A DNA stretch of 64,000 nucleotides, from NCBI GenBank assembly GCA_037127735.1, contig JBAXXU010000007.1:1023-65022 (forward strand), in the 5' to 3' direction. Position 1 is the first letter of the stretch, and each line of letters opens with the position of its first letter. The stretch comes from Bacteroidota bacterium. GTDB lineage: Bacteria > Bacteroidota > Bacteroidia > Bacteroidales > VadinHA17. Under the pieces are notes generated by a model that was given only the letters and a program-made list of their open reading frames with translations, did no database searches and was not told the DNA's origin. Positions 18,709-28,730 of the stretch are shown here, piece by piece. A program made the translations under genes and the position numbers.

Positions 18709-21063
18709 TTGAAAAAAGTAACATTAAATAGAATTATTTTTTCTTTGAGATATTTTCTCCACCTGCTGTTTTTTGTTTTAATATTTTCGTCTTGTAATCC
18801 GACAAAATATGTTCCCGAAGGAGAAACCCTTCTTAATGATAACCATGTATTTGTAAACAAAGAGGGGATAACGAAAAGCGACTTGCTGCCATACATTAAG
18901 CAAAAACCTAATAAAAAAATTTTTGGCACAAGGTTCTACCTTGGGTTGTATGACCTTTCGAACATAGATAAAAAGAAGTGGCCGCACAAGTGGTTAAGAG
19001 ATATTGGCGAAGAGCCCGTTATCTATGATCCCTATGCTACTGCCAAGAGCAGGGAGCAAATAAAATCGTATGTTGCATCAAAAGGGTATTTTGACAGTTC
19101 GGTTGAAGATACAGTAGAAACAGCCAACAGAAGATCAGAGGTTTATTATAATATTAATTTGCTGCCGGCTTATACTGTCCGGAGTGTGCTTTATGAGGTT
19201 GCCGATAGTAATATTCAAAAACTCTGTTATTTTGATTCCATGAACTGTCTCATAGAAAGGGGAAAACCTTACGATGTTGATGTATTGCAGGCTGAACGTT
19301 CAAGGTTTGAACGCTTTGTCAGGGATCATGGTTTTTTTGATTTTTCAGGCGATAACATTTATTTCAGGGTGGATAGTACAATCGGAAACAGACAAGTGGA
19401 TATTTATTATGGTGTTAAGAATTTAACAAAGATTGATGCTTATAAAAGGATCAGCCTTATTCAACATTCAATTTACCGTGTAAAGAATATTTATATCTAT
19501 GCAGATTTTATTCCAAAGGATGCCCTGGAAGGAGGCGAGGCGTACATAAAAAGTCTCGATACCACCAACTACAAAGGTTACTTTTTTATTTCACCAAAAG
19601 GAACCCCTGATATAAAATACGATCTTATAATCCAGTCTCTATATCTAAAGCCGGGATCTGTATATAATGCGTCAAATACCGAGCAAACCCAGGCACATCT
19701 TTTGGCTCTGAAAGTGTATCGTCTCGTCAATATTTCTTATAATGATTTAAATAAACGGGGAAACATAAGATATTCAGAAATGTTGCTTGATTGTAACATT
19801 CAGCTTACTCTTTTAAGTCAACAGTCATTTAAGGTTGAACTGGAAGGAACTAATTCTGCCGGCAATCTGGGCGGAGCATTGAACCTGATATACCAGCATA
19901 AAAATCTGTTTCATGGTGGTGAGTTATTCAGTATGAAGCTGAAAGGAGCTTATGAGGCATATACACAACCTGATAGTAGTCTGTCAAGTACCCAGGAATA
20001 TGGATTTGAGACGAGTCTCAGACTTCCTAAATTTCTGTTTCCATTTCTTAAAACAGAAGGGTTCATCAAAAAATATAATCCATCAACTACAATACTTGGC
20101 AGTTATAATTATCAGGCATTGCCATTTTATACCAGGACCATGGCAAACGCGACATTTGGTTATAACTGGAAAGCAGGAAACTACCAGGAACATATAGTTA
20201 ATCCGCTTCAGTTCAACCTTATTAAACTGCCATATATAGATCCGGGTTTTGCTGCCAAAATCGATTCATCATCTTATCTGGCATATAGTTATAAGAATGT
20301 AATGATCCTTGGTGGAAATTATTCATTCATTTTTAGTAACCAGAAAATTAAGAAATCAAGAGATTACTGGTTTCTTAGAATAAATGCCGAAGCGGCAGGC
20401 AATATGCTTGCCCTTGCGGGAAATCTTGTCGGTGCAAAAAAGACCGACAGTACCTATAATATTCTGGGCCAACCTTATGCCCAGTACGTGAGAACAGATT
20501 TCGATCTAAGATATAATTATATTTTAAATGATGTAAGTTCAATTGTTTACAGGGCTTTTTTCGGTATGGGAATTCCTTATGGCAATTCAAAAGCAATGCC
20601 CTTTGAAAAGCAGTATTTTGGCGGTGGTGCGAATAGTATCAGAGCCTGGCAGGTACGGTCACTTGGCCCCGGTTCATATTTACGCGACACCAGCGCTACA
20701 TTTCTGAATCAGACAGCTGATATTAAATTAGAAGCAAACGCGGAGTACAGGTTTAAGCTTTTCTGGATTCTCGAAGGTGCACTTTTTCTTGATGCGGGAA
20801 ATATTTGGACCTTTCATGAAGACAATGCACGACCCGGATCTCAATTTAAATTTAATAAATTCTATAAAGATATCGCGGTAGGTACCGGAACTGGATTCAG
20901 ATTCGACTTTAAATTCGTTATCGGGAGGGTTGACCTCGGCATGAAACTTCGCGACCCATGTGATCCATCATTAGTTGGCGGCTCAAAATGGATATTTGCC
21001 CGACGGCCTTACAACTTCAGAGATGATTTTTCAATTGTTCTGGGAATCGGATACCCGTTCTGA
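18709..21063 (+). CDS. BamA/TamA-family outer-membrane protein
   Basis: TTG start and lipoprotein-like leader (FSSCNP). C-terminal surface-antigen barrel (FGGGANSIRAW ... GIGYPF). Confidence 0.75.
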   Translation: MKKVTLNRIIFSLRYFLHLLFFVLIFSSCNPTKYVPEGETLLNDNHVFVNKEGITKSDLLPYIKQKPNKKIFGTRFYLGLYDLSNIDKKKWPHKWLRDIGEEPVIYDPYATAKSREQIKSYVASKGYFDSSVEDTVETANRRSEVYYNINLLPAYTVRSVLYEVADSNIQKLCYFDSMNCLIERGKPYDVDVLQAERSRFERFVRDHGFFDFSGDNIYFRVDSTIGNRQVDIYYGVKNLTKIDAYKRISLIQHSIYRVKNIYIYADFIPKDALEGGEAYIKSLDTTNYKGYFFISPKGTPDIKYDLIIQSLYLKPGSVYNASNTEQTQAHLLALKVYRLVNISYNDLNKRGNIRYSEMLLDCNIQLTLLSQQSFKVELEGTNSAGNLGGALNLIYQHKNLFHGGELFSMKLKGAYEAYTQPDSSLSSTQEYGFETSLRLPKFLFPFLKTEGFIKKYNPSTTILGSYNYQALPFYTRTMANATFGYNWKAGNYQEHIVNPLQFNLIKLPYIDPGFAAKIDSSSYLAYSYKNVMILGGNYSFIFSNQKIKKSRDYWFLRINAEAAGNMLALAGNLVGAKKTDSTYNILGQPYAQYVRTDFDLRYNYILNDVSSIVYRAFFGMGIPYGNSKAMPFEKQYFGGGANSIRAWQVRSLGPGSYLRDTSATFLNQTADIKLEANAEYRFKLFWILEGALFLDAGNIWTFHEDNARPGSQFKFNKFYKDIAVGTGTGFRFDFKFVIGRVDLGMKLRDPCDPSLVGGSKWIFARRPYNFRDDFSIVLGIGYPF

Positions 21064-21209
21064 TTTCTGATTTTAGAGATCCTTGCTGTCAGTATTTCAA
21101 AACATTTATAAGGTATCAGTTATCCCTGAGTCAAAAATCAGCAATTTGTTGCTGATAATTAAAAAGAATTACCTAAAATTGCAGGTTGTCTCACTGCATA
21201 TTTGTAAAA

Positions 21210-22064
21210 ATGAAGTTAAACATTGAACCAATAAGAAACTGGTTTGGCTTTACGCGAAGGGAAAGAAGATCGTCATTTATTTTGCTTCTCATAATCTTTA
21301 TAATATTAGCCCTGAGATTTAGTGTTCCGGAAAAAAATATTGCTGTTGAAGATGTAACCGCCGGTATTTCAATTTTTGAAGAGTCATCCGGATTAAATAC
21401 CGGAGAAATACAATCTTCTGTACAACTATTTTCATTTGACCCCAATACCGCTTCGTACCCTACCCTTATTAAGCTTGGACTTGATTCAAAGGAAGCAAAT
21501 ACATTAATTAAATACAGAACCAAAGGTGGAAAATTCAGGAATCCGTCAGATATCAGAAAGGTTTATGGAATTGATGAGGCTAAGGCTGTGAAACTTATTC
21601 CATTCGTTGAAGTGGCAATTGATACTCCTCGAAAGGCTAAAATAGTATCCTACCGGCAACAACGACCAACGCTCGATATTAATAGTTGCGACTCGGCATC
21701 ACTTGTCAGGCTACCGGGAATCGGCCCTGTACTTTCTGCGCGCATCATTAAGTACCGGCGACTGCTTGGTGGTTTTGCATCTGTTAATCAATTAACAGAG
21801 GTTTATGGTCTGTCTCCGGAAACATTTGATCTTATTAAAGGAAGAGTGTATGCAGATTCATTAGCCCTGCTCAGAGTAGATATTAATTCAGCCGGTTATA
21901 AGGAGATATCGCGTCTTCCATATTTTGAAAAGTATGAGGTAACAGCAATCCTTAAGTACAAAGAGCTGAAGGGAAGCATATTATCAATAACGGATCTGAT
22001 TGATAATAAAATATTAACAGAGGAGAAGGCTGTTAAAGTACAACCCTATCTGAAGTTCGAATAG
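21210..22064 (+). CDS. ComEA-like helix-hairpin-helix DNA-binding protein
   Basis: First ATG of ORF 21186..22064. TM anchor, then repeated HhH units (LVRLPGIGPVLSARII). Confidence 0.7.
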   Translation: MKLNIEPIRNWFGFTRRERRSSFILLLIIFIILALRFSVPEKNIAVEDVTAGISIFEESSGLNTGEIQSSVQLFSFDPNTASYPTLIKLGLDSKEANTLIKYRTKGGKFRNPSDIRKVYGIDEAKAVKLIPFVEVAIDTPRKAKIVSYRQQRPTLDINSCDSASLVRLPGIGPVLSARIIKYRRLLGGFASVNQLTEVYGLSPETFDLIKGRVYADSLALLRVDINSAGYKEISRLPYFEKYEVTAILKYKELKGSILSITDLIDNKILTEEKAVKVQPYLKFE

Positions 22065-22209
22065 TATTGTAATTGTTCATTCATATTAATTTGGAACAGT
22101 GCAGAAAAAATTGTACTTTTATTAATTGTAAAATCTATTGTGAAGGATATTTTTATCTTACTTATAATTTAAAAACAGAGCATCATGATTAATTTAAATC
22201 CATAAATGT

Positions 22210-22240
22210 TTTGAAAAGACTTTTTCTATTTCTAACTTTG
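22210..22240 (+). promoter_or_regulatory. Bacteroidota-type promoter for rpsU (-33 TTTG / -7 TAnnTTTG)
   Basis: TTTG at 22210-22213 and TAACTTTG at 22233-22240, with a 19-nt spacer, 30 nt upstream of the ATG. Confidence 0.45.
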
Positions 22241-22269
22241 CGCCTCGTTTTAAAACTGAATTATTAATT

Positions 22270-22461
22270 ATGATCATTGTACCATTAAAAGAAGGCGAAA
22301 ACATTGAAAGAGCTTTAAAAAAGTTCAAAAGAAAGTTTGAAAAGACGGGAGTGATTCGCGAATTACGTTCACGTCAGGCTTTTGTTAAGCCTTCAGTACG
22401 CCGGAGAGAAGAAATTAAGAAGGCTATGTATGTTCAGAAGATGCAGGAAAGCGAAGAATAG
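22270..22461 (+). CDS. rpsU: 30S ribosomal protein bS21
   Basis: ERALKKFKRKFEKTGVIRELRSRQAFVKPSVRRR. Confidence 0.9.
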   Translation: MIIVPLKEGENIERALKKFKRKFEKTGVIRELRSRQAFVKPSVRRREEIKKAMYVQKMQESEE

Positions 22462-22512
22462 TTTTTTTTCCTGTTTCTATATTTTTTAACATAACTGATA
22501 GGGGGTTCCTTC

Positions 22513-23400
22513 ATGAGCCATAAGGAATCATTCTTACAATATCTGCAAATCGAGAAGCGGTATTCAACACATACTGTCCGGTGTTATACAAATGATCTGG
22601 ATCAGTTTTATTCCTTTTTATCATCACAAGATCTTCCGGCTGAGGTGGAGCTTGTTACATCGCACGACATCAGAGCATGGATTGTAAGTATGCTCGATAA
22701 TAAATATTCAACAGTAAGCGTTCACCGTAAGATATCATGTCTGAGGGTATTTTACCGGTATTTAAGGAAAGAGGGAATTGTTAAAAGTGATCCTCTTGAA
22801 AAAATTGTTTTGCCAAAAAGAAAAAAGAACCTACCGGTTTTTGTCGAAGAAGAGGCTCTCGATAAATTGCTTGACAATTATAGTTTCGGAGATAATTTTT
22901 CAGGGATCCGCGACCGGACAATTATTGAGATGCTTTATCTTACAGGAATGAGGAGATCGGAGCTCATTGGTCTTCGGAATATCGATGTGGACCTGTCGGA
23001 AGGCTCTGTAAAAGTAACCGGTAAGAGGAATAAGCAACGGATTATTCCCCTGATAAAACCATTCATTCAAAGATTGAAAGAGTATAATAAAGTAAGGAAT
23101 GAAATTATTACCACAGGGAGCGAAGAATGGTTTTTTATTACAGACAAAGGAAACAAGTTATATGATAAATATGTTTATAATACAGTGAATAACTATCTCT
23201 CTATTGTTACAACGATTGAAAAGAAAAGCCCTCATATTTTGAGGCATACTTTTGCAACTCATATGCTCAATCATGGCGCTGATCTGAATTCTATAAAAGA
23301 GCTGCTGGGACATGCAAATTTGTCGGCAACACAGATATATACCCACAATACATTTGAAAAACTGAAGAAAGTTTACAAACAGGCCCATCCAAGGGCTTAA
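22513..23400 (+). CDS. xerC: tyrosine recombinase XerC/XerD-type
   Basis: GMRRSEL, HILRHTFATH and ATQIYTH (R..HxxR..Y catalytic pattern). Sits in the conserved rpsU-xer-hpf position. Confidence 0.75.
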   Translation: MSHKESFLQYLQIEKRYSTHTVRCYTNDLDQFYSFLSSQDLPAEVELVTSHDIRAWIVSMLDNKYSTVSVHRKISCLRVFYRYLRKEGIVKSDPLEKIVLPKRKKNLPVFVEEEALDKLLDNYSFGDNFSGIRDRTIIEMLYLTGMRRSELIGLRNIDVDLSEGSVKVTGKRNKQRIIPLIKPFIQRLKEYNKVRNEIITTGSEEWFFITDKGNKLYDKYVYNTVNNYLSIVTTIEKKSPHILRHTFATHMLNHGADLNSIKELLGHANLSATQIYTHNTFEKLKKVYKQAHPRA

Positions 23401-23429
23401 TATTAATCAAATAAAAAGGAGGTACTACT

Positions 23430-23729
23430 ATGAACATTCAGATTCATTCAGTTCGGTTCGATGCCGACAAAAAGCTAATCGACTTTGTTCATCAGAAACT
23501 GGAAAAACTGACCCAGTTTGCTGAAGATATTGTTCATGCCGAGGTTTATTTGCGGCTTGACAAGGATCAGGAACGTGAGAACAAAATTAGCGAAATTAAG
23601 CTGGAGTTACCGGGTGGGCCTTTATTTGCAAAGAAACAGAGTAAAACATTCGAAGAAGCAACAGATGAAGCAATAGATGCACTTAAAAAGCAGATTACCA
23701 AGCACAAACAGAAGAAGAGAGGAGTCTGA
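23430..23729 (+). CDS. hpf: ribosome hibernation promoting factor (HPF/RaiA)
   Basis: 99 aa. KLEKL..F...I..AEVYL pattern of the S30AE family. Confidence 0.8.
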   Translation: MNIQIHSVRFDADKKLIDFVHQKLEKLTQFAEDIVHAEVYLRLDKDQERENKISEIKLELPGGPLFAKKQSKTFEEATDEAIDALKKQITKHKQKKRGV

Positions 23730-23760
23730 TAAATCTATTTTCAAAAATATATTAAATTAT

Positions 23761-23792
23761 TTTGATAAATAAAATTTATATTCATACATTTG
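23761..23792 (+). promoter_or_regulatory. Bacteroidota-type promoter for the tRNA-tuf cluster
   Basis: TTTG at 23761-23764 and TACATTTG at 23785-23792. Confidence 0.4.
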
Positions 23793-23844
23793 CAAACTGT
23801 TTTTTGAGGGTGTATTGTGCTCTCGCGGGACGTTCTTTAAATTG

Positions 23845-23918
23845 CCGATGTAGCTCAGTTGGTCAGAGCAGCTGATTTGTAATCTGCAGGTCGGGGGTTC
23901 GAATCCCTTCATCGGCTC
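23845..23918 (+). tRNA. tRNA-Thr (anticodon TGT)
   Basis: Cloverleaf: GCCGATG/CATCGGC acceptor, GCTC..GAGC D-arm, anticodon loop TTTGTAA, TTCGAAT T-loop. One U-U mismatch in the anticodon stem. Confidence 0.85.
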
Positions 23919-23966
23919 TTGAAAGATTTGTTAATGTGTGTCTTAAGAGTAATACTCTGTTTGAAG

Positions 23967-24049
23967 GGGGAGATACCAAAGCGGCCAACTGGGGCAGACT
24001 GTAAATCTGCTGGCGAATGCCTTCGTAGGTTCGAATCCTGCTCTCCCCA
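23967..24049 (+). tRNA. tRNA-Tyr (anticodon GTA), long variable arm
   Basis: GGGGAGA/TCTCCCC acceptor, loop CTGTAAA. 83 nt. Confidence 0.88.
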
Positions 24050-24079
24050 CTTTTTTTACCTTCAGAAACAAAATCATAA

Positions 24080-24152
24080 GCGGGAGTAGCTCAGTTGATA
24101 GAGCATTAGCCTTCCAAGCTGAGGGTCGCGGGTTTGAGTCCCGTCTTTCGCT
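24080..24152 (+). tRNA. tRNA-Gly (anticodon TCC)
   Basis: GCGGGAG acceptor, loop CTTCCAA, TTTGAGT T-loop. Confidence 0.88.
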
Positions 24153-24200
24153 CAAAAAGGAGTATTATTGTCGGATAAAACTGATTTCGCTCCTTATATT

Positions 24201-24272
<72 letters not shown>

Positions 24273-24328
24273 CAACTTTGTAAGCTTTTATAAAACATAT
24301 AAATTAATTATTAAATAATCTTTGAGTT

Positions 24329-25516
24329 ATGGCAAAAGAAAAATTTGACAGGTCAAAACCCCACGTTAACGTAGGTACTATTGGACACGTTGACCACGGT
24401 AAAACTACCTTGACCGCTGCAATTACTATGGTACTTGCAAAAAAAGGACTTTCTGAAATGCGTTCATTCGATTCAATCGATAATGCACCAGAAGAAAAAG
24501 AACGTGGTATTACCATTAATACTGCCCACGTAGAATACCAAACAGCTAACCGTCACTACGCACACGTTGACTGTCCGGGTCACGCTGACTACGTTAAGAA
24601 CATGGTAACTGGTGCTGCTCAAATGGACGGTGCTATCATTGTAGTTGCTGCAACTGATGGTCCAATGCCACAAACACGCGAACACATCCTTCTAGCCCGT
24701 CAGGTAAACGTACCTCGTTTGGTTATATTTATGAACAAATGTGATATGGTTGATGATCCGGAAATGTTGGAATTAGTAGAAATGGAAATGCGCGAATTGC
24801 TTTCATTCTATGATTTCGATGGTGACAATACTCCTGTTATTCAGGGTTCTGCACTTGGTGGATTAAACGGAGTTCCAGAATGGGAAGATAAAATCATGGA
24901 ATTGATGGATGCAGTTGATAGCTGGATTTTATTGCCAGAACGCGCTGTTGACAAACCTTTCTTGATGCCGGTTGAAGATGTATTCTCTATCACAGGTCGT
25001 GGTACAGTTGCTACAGGTCGTATCGAAACAGGTAAAATCAAAACAGGTGAAGAAGTTCAAATCATTGGATTAGGTTCAAGTGCTCTTAAATCAGTTGTAA
25101 CTGGTGTTGAGATGTTCCGTAAGATTCTTGATGATGGACAAGCTGGTGATAACGTAGGTTTATTGCTTCGTGGTATCGACAAAGAAAGTATCAAACGTGG
25201 TATGGTTATTACCCACCCGGGAAAAGTAACTCCTCACACTACTTTCAAAGCTGCTGCGTATATCTTGAAAAAAGAAGAAGGTGGACGTCACACTCCATTC
25301 CACAACCGCTACCGTCCACAGTTCTATATCCGTACATTGGATGTAACAGGTGAAATCACTTTACCTGAAGGAACTGAAATGGTTATGCCGGGTGACAACT
25401 TAGAATTAACTGTAACTCTTATCTATCCTGTAGCTTGTAACGTAGGTTTACGTTTCGCTATCCGTGAAGGTGGTCGTACAGTAGGTTCAGGTCAGATTAC
25501 AGAATTGTTAGACTAA
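24329..25516 (+). CDS. tuf: elongation factor Tu
   Basis: [17 protein letters not shown] and NKCD. Confidence 0.98.
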   Translation: MAKEKFDRSKPHVNVGTIGHVDHGKTTLTAAITMVLAKKGLSEMRSFDSIDNAPEEKERGITINTAHVEYQTANRHYAHVDCPGHADYVKNMVTGAAQMDGAIIVVAATDGPMPQTREHILLARQVNVPRLVIFMNKCDMVDDPEMLELVEMEMRELLSFYDFDGDNTPVIQGSALGGLNGVPEWEDKIMELMDAVDSWILLPERAVDKPFLMPVEDVFSITGRGTVATGRIETGKIKTGEEVQIIGLGSSALKSVVTGVEMFRKILDDGQAGDNVGLLLRGIDKESIKRGMVITHPGKVTPHTTFKAAAYILKKEEGGRHTPFHNRYRPQFYIRTLDVTGEITLPEGTEMVMPGDNLELTVTLIYPVACNVGLRFAIREGGRTVGSGQITELLD

Positions 25517-25527
25517 TACCCCTTAAT

Positions 25528-25588
25528 CCCCTGAAGGGGAGATAAAGGAAATTTAATAACCCCCGGCTCCCCTTTAGGGGCTGGGGGT
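25528..25588 (+). terminator. two GC-rich hairpins between tuf and tRNA-Trp (no T-run)
   Basis: CCCCTGAAGGGG (25528-25539) and ACCCCCGGCTCCCCTTTAGGGGCTGGGGGT (25559-25588). Confidence 0.35.
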
Positions 25589-25593
25589 AACAC

Positions 25594-25666
25594 ACGGGCG
25601 TAGCTCAGTTGGTAGAGCACTGGTCTCCAAAACCAGGTGTCGGGAGTTCGAGTCTCTCCTCCCGTG
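25594..25666 (+). tRNA. tRNA-Trp (anticodon CCA)
   Basis: Loop CTCCAAA, TTCGAGT T-loop, G73 discriminator. The acceptor stem has one C6-U67 mismatch. Confidence 0.85.
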
Positions 25667-25682
25667 CAAAATTATTAGTACT

Positions 25683-25874
25683 ATGAATATAAAAGGATAT
25701 TTTAAGGAATCATACACAGAACTCATTCACAAGGTAACCTGGCCAACGTGGAGCGAACTTCAGAACAGCGCTGTTTTAGTTATGGTGGCTACTCTGATAG
25801 TCGCTCTTCTTGTTGCTGCTATGGATTTCTTATTTAGCAGGGCAATGGAATTCATTTACAGTTTGTTATACTAA
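25683..25874 (+). CDS. secE: preprotein translocase subunit SecE
   Basis: 63 aa with a single C-terminal TM helix. Conserved position before nusG. Confidence 0.85.
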   Translation: MNIKGYFKESYTELIHKVTWPTWSELQNSAVLVMVATLIVALLVAAMDFLFSRAMEFIYSLLY

Positions 25875-25890
25875 CCAGAAGAAGATTCCG

Positions 25891-26439
25891 ATGAGTGAGA
25901 ATATTAAGAAGTGGTACGTGCTTCGGGCTATCGGTGGAAAAGAAAAAAAGGTCAAGGAATATATTGATAACGAAGTTGCACGTCTTAAACTCAATGATTA
26001 TGTCTCACAAGTTCTTATACCAACCGAAAAGGTTTATCAGATAAGGGCAGGCAAGAAAATCAGCAAGGAGAGAACATTCTTTCCGGGATATATTCTTATT
26101 GAAGCCATCCTTGTTGGTGAGATACCACATATGTTGAGAAGCGTACCAAACGTGATTGGATTTCTGGGTTCTAAGGATGGTGAACCTGTTCCACTCAGAA
26201 AACCTGAGATAAACCGTATTCTCGGAAAAGTTGACGAGCTGAATGCCAGCGATGAGGAATTGAATGTTCCATTCTTTGTCGGCGAATCAGTTAAAGTTAT
26301 AGATGGACCTTTCAATAGTTTCACGGGAATAATTGAAGAGGTGAATGATGAAAAGAAAAAGCTTAAAGTGATGGTTAAAATATTTGGAAGAAAAACTCCC
26401 CTTGAGCTCAGTTTTATGCAGGTAGAAAAAGAGAATTAA
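25891..26439 (+). CDS. nusG: transcription termination/antitermination factor NusG
   Basis: Internal ATG of ORF 25810..26439 gives [20 protein letters not shown] (NGN domain). KOW motif [11 protein letters not shown]. Confidence 0.92.
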   Translation: MSENIKKWYVLRAIGGKEKKVKEYIDNEVARLKLNDYVSQVLIPTEKVYQIRAGKKISKERTFFPGYILIEAILVGEIPHMLRSVPNVIGFLGSKDGEPVPLRKPEINRILGKVDELNASDEELNVPFFVGESVKVIDGPFNSFTGIIEEVNDEKKKLKVMVKIFGRKTPLELSFMQVEKEN

Positions 26440-26522
26440 CAGAAGATATTGATAGTTGTAATATTCATAATGCTTCCTGAATAACTATCAAGCTCTCGCA
26501 ATAAATACGCAAATTTAAAATT

Positions 26523-26963
26523 ATGGCAAAAGAAGTTGCTGGAATTATCAAGTTACAGATTCGTGGCGGAGGAGCCAATCCATCACCACCGGTAGGGCCG
26601 GCACTAGGCTCGAAAGGTGTGAACATCATGGATTTCTGTAAGCAATTTAATGCGAGGACTCAGGACAAAGCTGGAAAAGTAATACCGGTTGTAATAACAG
26701 TATATGGCGATAAATCATTTGATTTTGTTACCAAAACACCACCGGTGGCTGTTCAGCTTCTTGAAGTTGCCAAAACGAAGAAAGGTTCCCAGGAACCTAA
26801 CAGAGACAAAGTGGCATCACTTTCCTGGGACCAGGTCAAAACAATTGCTGAAGAGAAAATGGAGGACCTGAACTGCTTTACAGTAGAGTCCGCTATGAGA
26901 ATGGTAGCCGGTACAGCCAGAAGTATGGGAATCACCGTTAAAGGAGAATTCCCGGTAAAATAA
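26523..26963 (+). CDS. rplK: 50S ribosomal protein uL11
   Basis: [20 protein letters not shown]. Confidence 0.96.
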   Translation: MAKEVAGIIKLQIRGGGANPSPPVGPALGSKGVNIMDFCKQFNARTQDKAGKVIPVVITVYGDKSFDFVTKTPPVAVQLLEVAKTKKGSQEPNRDKVASLSWDQVKTIAEEKMEDLNCFTVESAMRMVAGTARSMGITVKGEFPVK

Positions 26964-26979
26964 TTAATTAGGAGAAAAA

Positions 26980-27675
26980 ATGACTAAACTTACCAAAAAC
27001 CAAAAGTTTGCTCTTGAAAAAATCGAAAAGGACAAACTTTATACGTTGAAAGAAGCTTCTGCTTTGGTTAAGGAAATAACTAAAACAAAGTTCGATGCTT
27101 CGGTCGATTTAGATGTAAGGTTAGGTATAGATCCGAGGAAATCCAATCAGATGGTTCGCGGTGTTGTTTCCCTCCCTCACGGAACAGGAAAAGAGACACG
27201 TGTACTCGTGCTCTGCTCCCCCGATAAGGAGGCTGAAGCAAAAGAAGCCGGAGCCGATTTCGTTGGTCTTGACGATTATGTCGAAAAGATCAAAGGCGGT
27301 TGGACAGATATGGATGTTATAATAACCATGCCATCTGTAATGGGAAAGGTCGGTCAGTTAGGTCGAATACTCGGTCCACGCGGACTGATGCCGAACCCGA
27401 AAAGTGGAACTGTTACTATGGAAATTGGTAAGGCTGTTAAAGAAGTGAAGCAGGGTAAGATTGATTTCAAAGTTGATAAAACAGGAATCATTCATGCCTC
27501 AATAGGAAAAGTCTCATTCGAGCCTCAAAAGATCATCGAGAATGCAAGAGAGTTTATCTCTATTGTAAACAAACTTAAACCGGCTGCTGCCAAAGGTACC
27601 TACATCCGTAGCGTATTCATATCAAGCACAATGAGCCCTGGTGTTAAGGTTGATCCAAAAGGTCTTGATGATTAA
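26980..27675 (+). CDS. rplA: 50S ribosomal protein uL1
   Basis: [24 protein letters not shown]. Confidence 0.96.
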   Translation: MTKLTKNQKFALEKIEKDKLYTLKEASALVKEITKTKFDASVDLDVRLGIDPRKSNQMVRGVVSLPHGTGKETRVLVLCSPDKEAEAKEAGADFVGLDDYVEKIKGGWTDMDVIITMPSVMGKVGQLGRILGPRGLMPNPKSGTVTMEIGKAVKEVKQGKIDFKVDKTGIIHASIGKVSFEPQKIIENAREFISIVNKLKPAAAKGTYIRSVFISSTMSPGVKVDPKGLDD

Positions 27676-27702
27676 TTAGTTAAGTTAAAACTTGAAAGAA
27701 AA

Positions 27703-28224
27703 ATGAGACGGGAAGAAAAAAATGCTATCATAGACAGCCTTGCTGAGAGATTAAAAGAGTACAGCCACTTTTATCTGACTGATACTGCTCAGCTTAATGC
27801 CGCTGATACAAGCAACCTGCGAAGAAAGTGTTTTGAAAACGATATTAAATTAGTGGTTGTTAAAAACACTCTCCTCAAAAGAGCGCTCGAGCAGTCTAAT
27901 GGAAACTTTGAAGAACTATATCCGGTTCTGAAAGGTACTACGTCCATCATGTTTACTCAAACGGGTAATGTTCCTGCTAAACTTATTAAGGAATTCCGTA
28001 GAAAACATGATAAACCTGTAATTAAAGGCGCATACGTTCAGGAATCAGTTTACGTTGGTGATAACTTGCTTGAAGCACTTATATCTGTAAAAACCAAATA
28101 TGAACTGATAGGTGATATTATTATGCTCTTGCAGTCACCTGCCAAAAATGTTATCGGAGCCCTGCAGTCAGGTGGAACTATAATTCATGGTGTCCTCGAA
28201 ACACTATCAAAAAGAGAAGAATAA
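27703..28224 (+). CDS. rplJ: 50S ribosomal protein uL10
   Basis: Position between rplA and rplL. 173 aa; LRRKCFENDIKLVVVKNTL. Confidence 0.92.
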   Translation: MRREEKNAIIDSLAERLKEYSHFYLTDTAQLNAADTSNLRRKCFENDIKLVVVKNTLLKRALEQSNGNFEELYPVLKGTTSIMFTQTGNVPAKLIKEFRRKHDKPVIKGAYVQESVYVGDNLLEALISVKTKYELIGDIIMLLQSPAKNVIGALQSGGTIIHGVLETLSKREE

Positions 28225-28256
28225 TTAAACTATAATCAAATTAAAAATCGATAAAA

Positions 28257-28634
28257 ATGGCAGATCTGAAGAAATTTGCAGAAGAACTGGTTAACTTATC
28301 TGTAAAAGAGGTAAACGAACTCGCTAAAATACTTAAAGATGAGTATGGCATTGAACCTGCTGCTGCAGCAGTTGCAATGGCCGGACCCGCTGCAGGCAGC
28401 GATGCCCCGGCTGTTGAAGAGAAATCAAAATTCGACGTAATTCTCAAAGCCGCCGGCGGTCAGAAATTACAGATTGTTAAACTTGTTAAGGATATCACCG
28501 GACTCGGACTGAAAGAAGCAAAAGCAGTCGTAGATGCTGCTCCTTCTCCGGTTAAAGAAGGTGTTTCCAAAGATGAAGCAGAAGCTATTAAAAACCAATT
28601 AGTAGAAGCAGGAGCTGAAGTTGAACTTAAATAA
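28257..28634 (+). CDS. rplL: 50S ribosomal protein bL12
   Basis: Ala-rich hinge. [19 protein letters not shown]...EAGAEVELK. Confidence 0.96.
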   Translation: MADLKKFAEELVNLSVKEVNELAKILKDEYGIEPAAAAVAMAGPAAGSDAPAVEEKSKFDVILKAAGGQKLQIVKLVKDITGLGLKEAKAVVDAAPSPVKEGVSKDEAEAIKNQLVEAGAEVELK

Positions 28635-28663
28635 GTTATACCTAATTGCTGGGTTATAGGTTT

Positions 28664-28695
28664 GGTCCCGATTTTTCGGGACCAGGCCTTTTTGT
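28664..28695 (+). terminator. rplL-rpoB intergenic attenuator/terminator hairpin
   Basis: GGTCCCGATTTTTCGGGACC followed by AGGCCTTTTTG. An attenuator occupies the same position in E. coli. Confidence 0.5.
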
Positions 28696-28730
28696 TCTTT
28701 AAATAATAAGTTCACTTAATCTTTTAATAA

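Noticed and set aside
23943-24155. 70-aa minus-strand ORF across the tRNA cluster
   Set aside because: It is fully antisense to tRNA-Tyr and tRNA-Gly. The open frame is a by-product of the tRNA sequences.
25517-25593. GC-rich structured segment after tuf as a riboswitch or ncRNA
   Set aside because: It consists only of two simple hairpins, is 77 nt in total, sits between a stop codon and a tRNA, and has no conserved multi-stem junction. It more likely acts in termination or processing.
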